A DNA stretch of 64,000 bases from Macrostomum lignano (Eukaryota): positions 248,001-312,000 of the forward strand of contig NIVC01000808.1 of the NCBI GenBank assembly GCA_002269645.1, in the 5' to 3' direction. The notes under the pieces are model-generated. The model ran no database searches. It was given only the letters and a program-made list of their open reading frames with translations, and had not been told where the DNA came from. Position 1 is the first letter of the stretch. Each line of letters opens with the position of its first letter. This document shows, piece after piece, positions 58,317 to 64,000 of this stretch. A program made the position numbers and the translations under genes.

Positions 58317-58941
58317 CGCTTCCGGACATTTGCCCTCCGGCACTTCCCCTCCGGCACTTGCCCTCCGGCACTTCCCCTCGGCGGCGTTTGCCCTCCGGAC
58401 ATTTGCCCTCCGGGACATTTCCCCTCCGGACATTTGCCCTCCGGACATTTCCCCTCGGGACATTTGCCCTCGGGGACATTTGCCCTCCGGACATTTGCCC
58501 TCCGGACATTTGCCCTCCGGACATTTCCCCTCCGCACATTTGCCCTCTGCAAATTTACCCCCTCGCACATTACTCACCTCACCTCCTCCTGTACCCACCC
58601 GTCGTTCCTCCAGCACCAACCTCATCCTCCCGCCTCTTGCATCCATCAGGTTCTTCTCCAGCCAACAACTCATCCTTTTCTAGTAAGCAATATATACCCG
58701 CGCCCTACCCTATCCCCAGCCTTACCTGTACTTTTCCAGAGGGGAAATGTCCGGAGGGCAAATGTCCGGAGGGCAAATGTCCCCGAGGGCAAATGTCCCC
58801 GAGGGCAAATGTCCGGAGGGCAAATGTCCGGAGGGCAAATGTCCCCGAGGGCAAATGTCCTCGAGGGCAAATGTCCGGAGGGGAAATGCCGGAGGGCAAA
58901 TGTCCGGAGGGCAAATGCCGGAGGGCAAATGTCCGGTAGCC
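58317..58941. mobile_element. Foldback/Mutator-like MITE (625 bp) with oppositely oriented GGGCAAATGTCCGGA arrays
   Basis: Termini CGCTTCCGGACATTTGCCC and GGGCAAATGTCCGGTAGCC; 9-bp TSD AAATATAAA at 58308-58316 and 58942-58950. Confidence 0.85.
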
Positions 58942-59926
58942 AAATATAAAAGTCTTAGTTCATTCATGTATGTTAACCTGGACTGGGATTGACAACAGAT
59001 CAATAGCGCTTATGAAAATGCTTTTCGTATCGATATTGATGTGACTGTGGTCTAAAAGTACAGTTCTTGGGGTATGACGCGGTACATATGCAAGTACGTA
59101 TCTCTTCTAAAAATTCATTTACACGATGGACAAATGTATTGTAGCAGAAATATTTTACATTATTCTAAATGTGGTTACAAGCTGTTCAAGAACAAATCAA
59201 TTAAAGTCTGATGCAAGATGGAAAGCCATATTCGTGCACCTGCATGAATATCTGCATAAATTAGGTAAAATAGCTAATAAAGTTTGCCTAGATCGAAGCA
59301 GATAAAATTACTAGTTTATGATTGCCCATCCCTCTGTATTGCATAAACAAGCTCTACTCCCTAAATTAACCTTCGTACAACAAAAAGCGTCTCTTGTTTG
59401 AGAATCGGTGCGCAAAATGACGCTTGACAGTTGAGCCCAGGTAGAGTCTAACGGTGGAGCTTCCTGTAGGCTCATTGTTTGGGCAGTTGGGGGTCGCGCA
59501 GCATGAGCTGATGGGCTCATAAGTATTAAGCTCTACTCAATGTATTGTTGGCTAATCCATCTCTCCCAATTCGCCCCATGCACTCAGTGAGCATAATTCA
59601 ACTTATGCTTTGGCTGCCAACCAACCCCATCATTGCTTTTTTCCCACAGTCCCTCGCCGTCCCTTTTCTGTCTCTATGGAAACAGCAATGGGGAAAAGCG
59701 TGGAACTGTACGACACGGAGAGAAGTGAGAGGAGAAAAGTGGGTGGGTGTTTCCACGTGTGTTCATAAATCGGACATAAAGATGTGAGCGCGGTTTTTAA
59801 CTCAGTACCCACTCACAAAATATTGCAATAACTTTTACGTTTGATTATCCACAAAGTTCCAAAGCTATTTTAAAGAATTGCAAGATAGTTGAGGATCCAT
59901 TTCTTAGGACCAATCGTCAGTGGGCT

Positions 59927-62597
59927 ATGCCGACAGAGGAGCCCGGCGACATCCGACAGGATGCTGAAAGAAGCGACCGTGCTGTCATCTTAAATTCCGA
60001 GCCTAGCAGAGCTGAAAACAATTTGGAAGGTGCTATCGAAAATGACTCAGCTAGTAACGACGACGTAAAGCTGGATGCGGTTGCTTCGGAGTCTGATGAT
60101 AATGAGAACAGGGCGAAGCCTCAAGGTGAGGTTGGATATGAGTCAATTACTGAAGACAATTCAAAGGCAGCTGAATCTGAGTCGATTAGTGAAGACAACT
60201 CGAAGCCACAAGGCGGAGATGCATCTGAGTCGGTTAGTGAAGAAAACTCGAAGCCACAAGATGCAGGTGCATCTGAGTCGATTAGTGAAGACAACTCGAA
60301 GCCACAAGATGCAGGTGCATCTGAGTCGGTTAGTGAAGACAACTCGAAGCCACAAGGCGGAGGTGCATCTGAGTCGATTAGTGAAGACAACTCGAAGCCA
60401 CAAGGTGGAGGTGCATCTGAGTCGGTTAGTGAAGAAAACTCGAAGCCACAAGATGCAGGTGCATTTGAGTCGGTTAGTGAAGACAACTCGAAGCCACAAG
60501 ATGCAGGTGCATCTGAGTCGGTTAGTGAAGACAACTCGAAGCCACAAGATGCAGGTGCATCTGAGTCGGTTAGTGAAGACAACTCGAAGCCACAAGATGC
60601 AGGTGCATCTGAGTCGGTTAGTGAAGACAACTCGAAGCCACAAGATGCAGGTGCATCTGAGTCGGTTAGTGAAGACAACTCGAAGCCACAAGACGCAGGT
60701 GCATCTGAGTCGATTAGTGAAGACAACTCAAAGCCACAAGATGCAGGTGCATCTGAGTCGGTTAGTGAAGACAACTCGAAGCCACAATATGCAGGTGCAT
60801 CTGAGTCGGTTAGTGAAGAAAACTCGAAGCCACAAGATGCAGGTGCATCTGAGTCGGTTAGTGAAGACAACTCGAAGCCACAAGGCGGAGGTGCATCTGA
60901 GTCGGTTAGTGAAGACAACATGAATCAAAAAGGCGGAACTGTGTGGACCAGTGGGGATAAGAGGAAGTCACAATATGGATTTGGCAGCACGAATCATGAA
61001 AATGCAGTCGGTACGGAGTCGACAGTTAAAAGTGACGACTCAAAGCCAGACCCTGAAACAGAGAGGGAAAACAAATTTGCCGACAATAGGAAACCGGCAG
61101 GCTCAGAGATGGTGCCACAATCTAAAGAAACAAATCAAGATAACTCCCAAATCGAACAGGGTGGAAGCAAAGCTTCAGAAGGCCTAAACTCGGAGAAGGG
61201 ACAAGCAGAATCGAGCAAGCACCGGGAAGATGGCGCTTCAAAAAATTCTGAGCAAACATTGGAATTCGATGCTTCAATTAAACAAGAAGAAACGTCAAGC
61301 AAAGACGATGCTGAAGAAGGCTTACATTGGGAGGATGGACGAGAAGAGAACACGGATGCTGGGCTAAACGGTGCACTCGATCAGAATAAGCTAATAGACG
61401 ACCTTTCAAAAAATAAGGGCACTTCAAATGACGAGGTTAACTCGATTAAATCAGACAAGCAACCGCATCAAACCGAAGAAAAATCGCCCCGAAAAGACAA
61501 TACAGTCAAAAATCACGACAGTCAAGACAATGCAACCGTGCAATCGCGTGAAGACACTGAAAAAGCAGCAGACAGAGATAAATCAGAGGAAGACAAAGCT
61601 AGTGAGACTGACAGTGAATCGGAGCTGCGCATTATACCAAACGTGAGCCTGGGCTCGCTACGAAGCACCTCGAGGCCTGTAAGCGCTGCCGCAAGCGCCA
61701 AGTCGACAGGAAGAACCTCCAAAGTGAACCATTCTTCTACATCTGGAACTAAAACGCACATGGAGACAGGTCAGGTCAATGAGACGCCAGCCACCGTAAA
61801 CTCGCAGCAACCGCGATCCTCTAACAAGGATCAAGTCCAACATACCAGCCAGGCCCCGAGACCAGCAGAAAAACGAACGCAGTCTTCTGCGGTAATTGGA
61901 GGACCAGCACACTCGCCCGATCGATCTGACGGTCGCAGCACTCGACACAGGGGAAGCGACAAAGCCAACGCAAAGGAGCAGAAACGGGAAAGAAAGAAAA
62001 ATGAAGCTCGAGGTGACGAAATGAAGAAGAGAAGAAGCGATAACTTGGGTCAGCGTGGAGCAGAGGCTTCTACAATAGGCAAGGGAAATAGGCATCAGAG
62101 AGAGGGCCATCACAATCGGCCTGAACAAACCCGGAAACGAGGGCGAGGCTCGCCACCCTCGGCCGATACACAGCTGCGCCGGGAGATCCTCCGGCCGCAC
62201 CGGAATCGCTACTCTTCGGACAGCTCAACCGAGGATGATGAAGCCACGAGATCAGACAAAAAGCAAGGAAAGCTGCCGCGGCGCCGAAGGGGTAGAAGGC
62301 GCTCGGTAGACAATAGCGCTTCTTCCTCTTCACGGGAGAGGTCGGCTTCGTCATCCTACGGCGATTCCGACCTCGCCGATGAGCAAGGTCGCCTTCGCCA
62401 CCGAGGTCGCCGCGGCGTTCGACGCAAAGAGTCGGACGATGAGGAGCGGCAGCAAAGACGTCGATATCGACGACGCGAAGACGATGTATCCAGCCTGCTG
62501 AGGATCGACTACATTTATGAGGCAGACCAGAGACAGTGGGAGCCGCCCGCGCCGGCTTCGATAAGCAGCCCGCCTGTCGAAGTCGAGAAAAGTGATA
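59927..62597 (+). CDS. Large low-complexity acidic protein exon with about 15.5 copies of a 16-aa repeat and an R/S/D-rich C-terminal part; function unknown
   Basis: 2.7-kb open frame from ATG 59927, mostly non-repetitive. Strong donor A|GTGAGT at 62598 (phase 1) is compatible with acceptor 63447-63448 and a coiled-coil exon 63449-about 63590 (DLQTEQLKEQLHKLQRELSKFG). 3' end unresolved. Confidence 0.75.
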
Positions 62598-64000
62598 GTG
62601 AGTATAAGGCACAGAGTTTCTGGGTTTTAACTTTGCTGAAATTTTCTAGTAAATGCAAGGATCCTGGGATTGGATTCGGACGGTTTAAAGGCACACACGG
62701 GGTGTTTTATTTGTACGAAAATTAATAAAAATTTGCTGGAATTTTCGTGTTTAATAATCGATCTTAACCTATAGCGCAATGGAATGACTGTGTAGGAATG
62801 CATCACTAAGATTTAACTGGTTCAACCCTAACAAAGGGGTTTCTGATGGGTGTTGGAGAAACCCTATACTATTGAGGTGCTCATCCAATCATTCATTTGG
62901 TCTTAAGCTTGAATTCATAGCGACGCATTCAGTTCAATTAGAGCACCCAACCCTACAGTAGTGTATAGATTTGCAGGGCCTCTATGCGGCTTCAGGCATA
63001 GTCAGTTTTCATACTTTACTGTTTTCAAACAAGCAACTGCAACTAACCGGAGAGTTGATTCTCTTTCTACGACCAGAGGCCGCGAGTATCCCAGCTCAAA
63101 CTACGAGCGTAGATCCCGAAGAGGCCGCGTGGCACTCGCGTCCAATTGACTAGGCCGAGAGCCTGCGAATGGAAAAGGTCGCATGCACGCTTGGGCCAGG
63201 CATGCAGTGTCTTCTCGCTTCCTGGGTTGCCATGACGACCCCGCATTGAAAGGCATTGAAAGGCATCGAAGCCAAAGTTTCCCAGCCGTAGCTCAATAAG
63301 AAAAAAAGGCGCACACTTTCTCTTCTCGGGTCAAAATCCGGCTCACGCACTGGCTTCCTACCTGACTAGATTTAAAGTGCAAATCAATATAGCGAGCCAA
63401 CTCTCTCAGCTGCCTAGAGACAATATGAACACAAATTCTCAATTTTAGCCCCTGCCGACGATCCGAGCTCAAAGTCGGACTTCAAGGTGAAGGACCTGCA
63501 GACGGAGCAGCTGAAGGAGCAGCTGCACAAGCTGCAGCGAGAGTTGAGCAAGTTTGGCCACAAAATCGAGGGACTTCGGCCCAGAGAGTGAGGCGAACTT
63601 AACAATAAGCATCTTCTTTCAGATTTTGAGCAGTTGGAAAAATATGGCCCAATAATTGATTGCAGACGGCTTCACAAGCCGGCAACCTTCAACGATCTCA
63701 GTCCCTACCGAGAGACTCAGACGGCCATGCGAACTTTGACCACGGTGAGCGCTCCGCTCCGCTGTGGCAGTGACTGTGGCAGATATGCTATGCTCAGTAG
63801 TATATTAGATAGCCTACTAGGCATGCCTACCACTCTGTGAGAGTCCCGAAAATTTCCCGCCTCGCTTTGGTGCTACGTGCAGATCTGTCATTATTATGCT
63901 AGCATATATGCAGTTCAGTTCTGTGTATTTCAAAACAGCTTGACCGTATATTCGAATTAAAAGAATTATTAAACGATCAGGTATTATTCAGAGTAAATTT

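Overview
Eukaryotic, intron-rich animal genomic DNA: GC-rich exons sit in AT-rich, minisatellite-packed introns, with one 549-N scaffold gap. The style resembles a free-living flatworm such as Macrostomum, but that is inference. Host genes reconstructed by phase-checked splicing: Rab9 (+), a novel nuclear protein combining an RSB-like motif with a catalytically degenerate ALKBH2/3-type AlkB domain (+), GADD45-like (+), a KLF transcription factor (+), M1AP (-), an 8-exon phosphatidate cytidylyltransferase/CDS (-), and a large acidic-repeat protein (+). Mobile DNA includes a frameshifted Ty3/Gypsy element with a 172-bp 3' LTR, a 5'-truncated RTE-like LINE with a 12-bp TSD, a spliced Crypton tyrosine recombinase, a Tc1/mariner stump, two CORE-SINEs, a second SINE group sharing a central domain, and several MITE/foldback elements. 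The most interesting candidate is the RSB-motif plus dead-AlkB protein, a possible EJC-linked reader of methylated RNA. There are no CRISPR arrays or true tRNA/rRNA genes. Most long ORFs in the supplied track are repeat or antisense artefacts.
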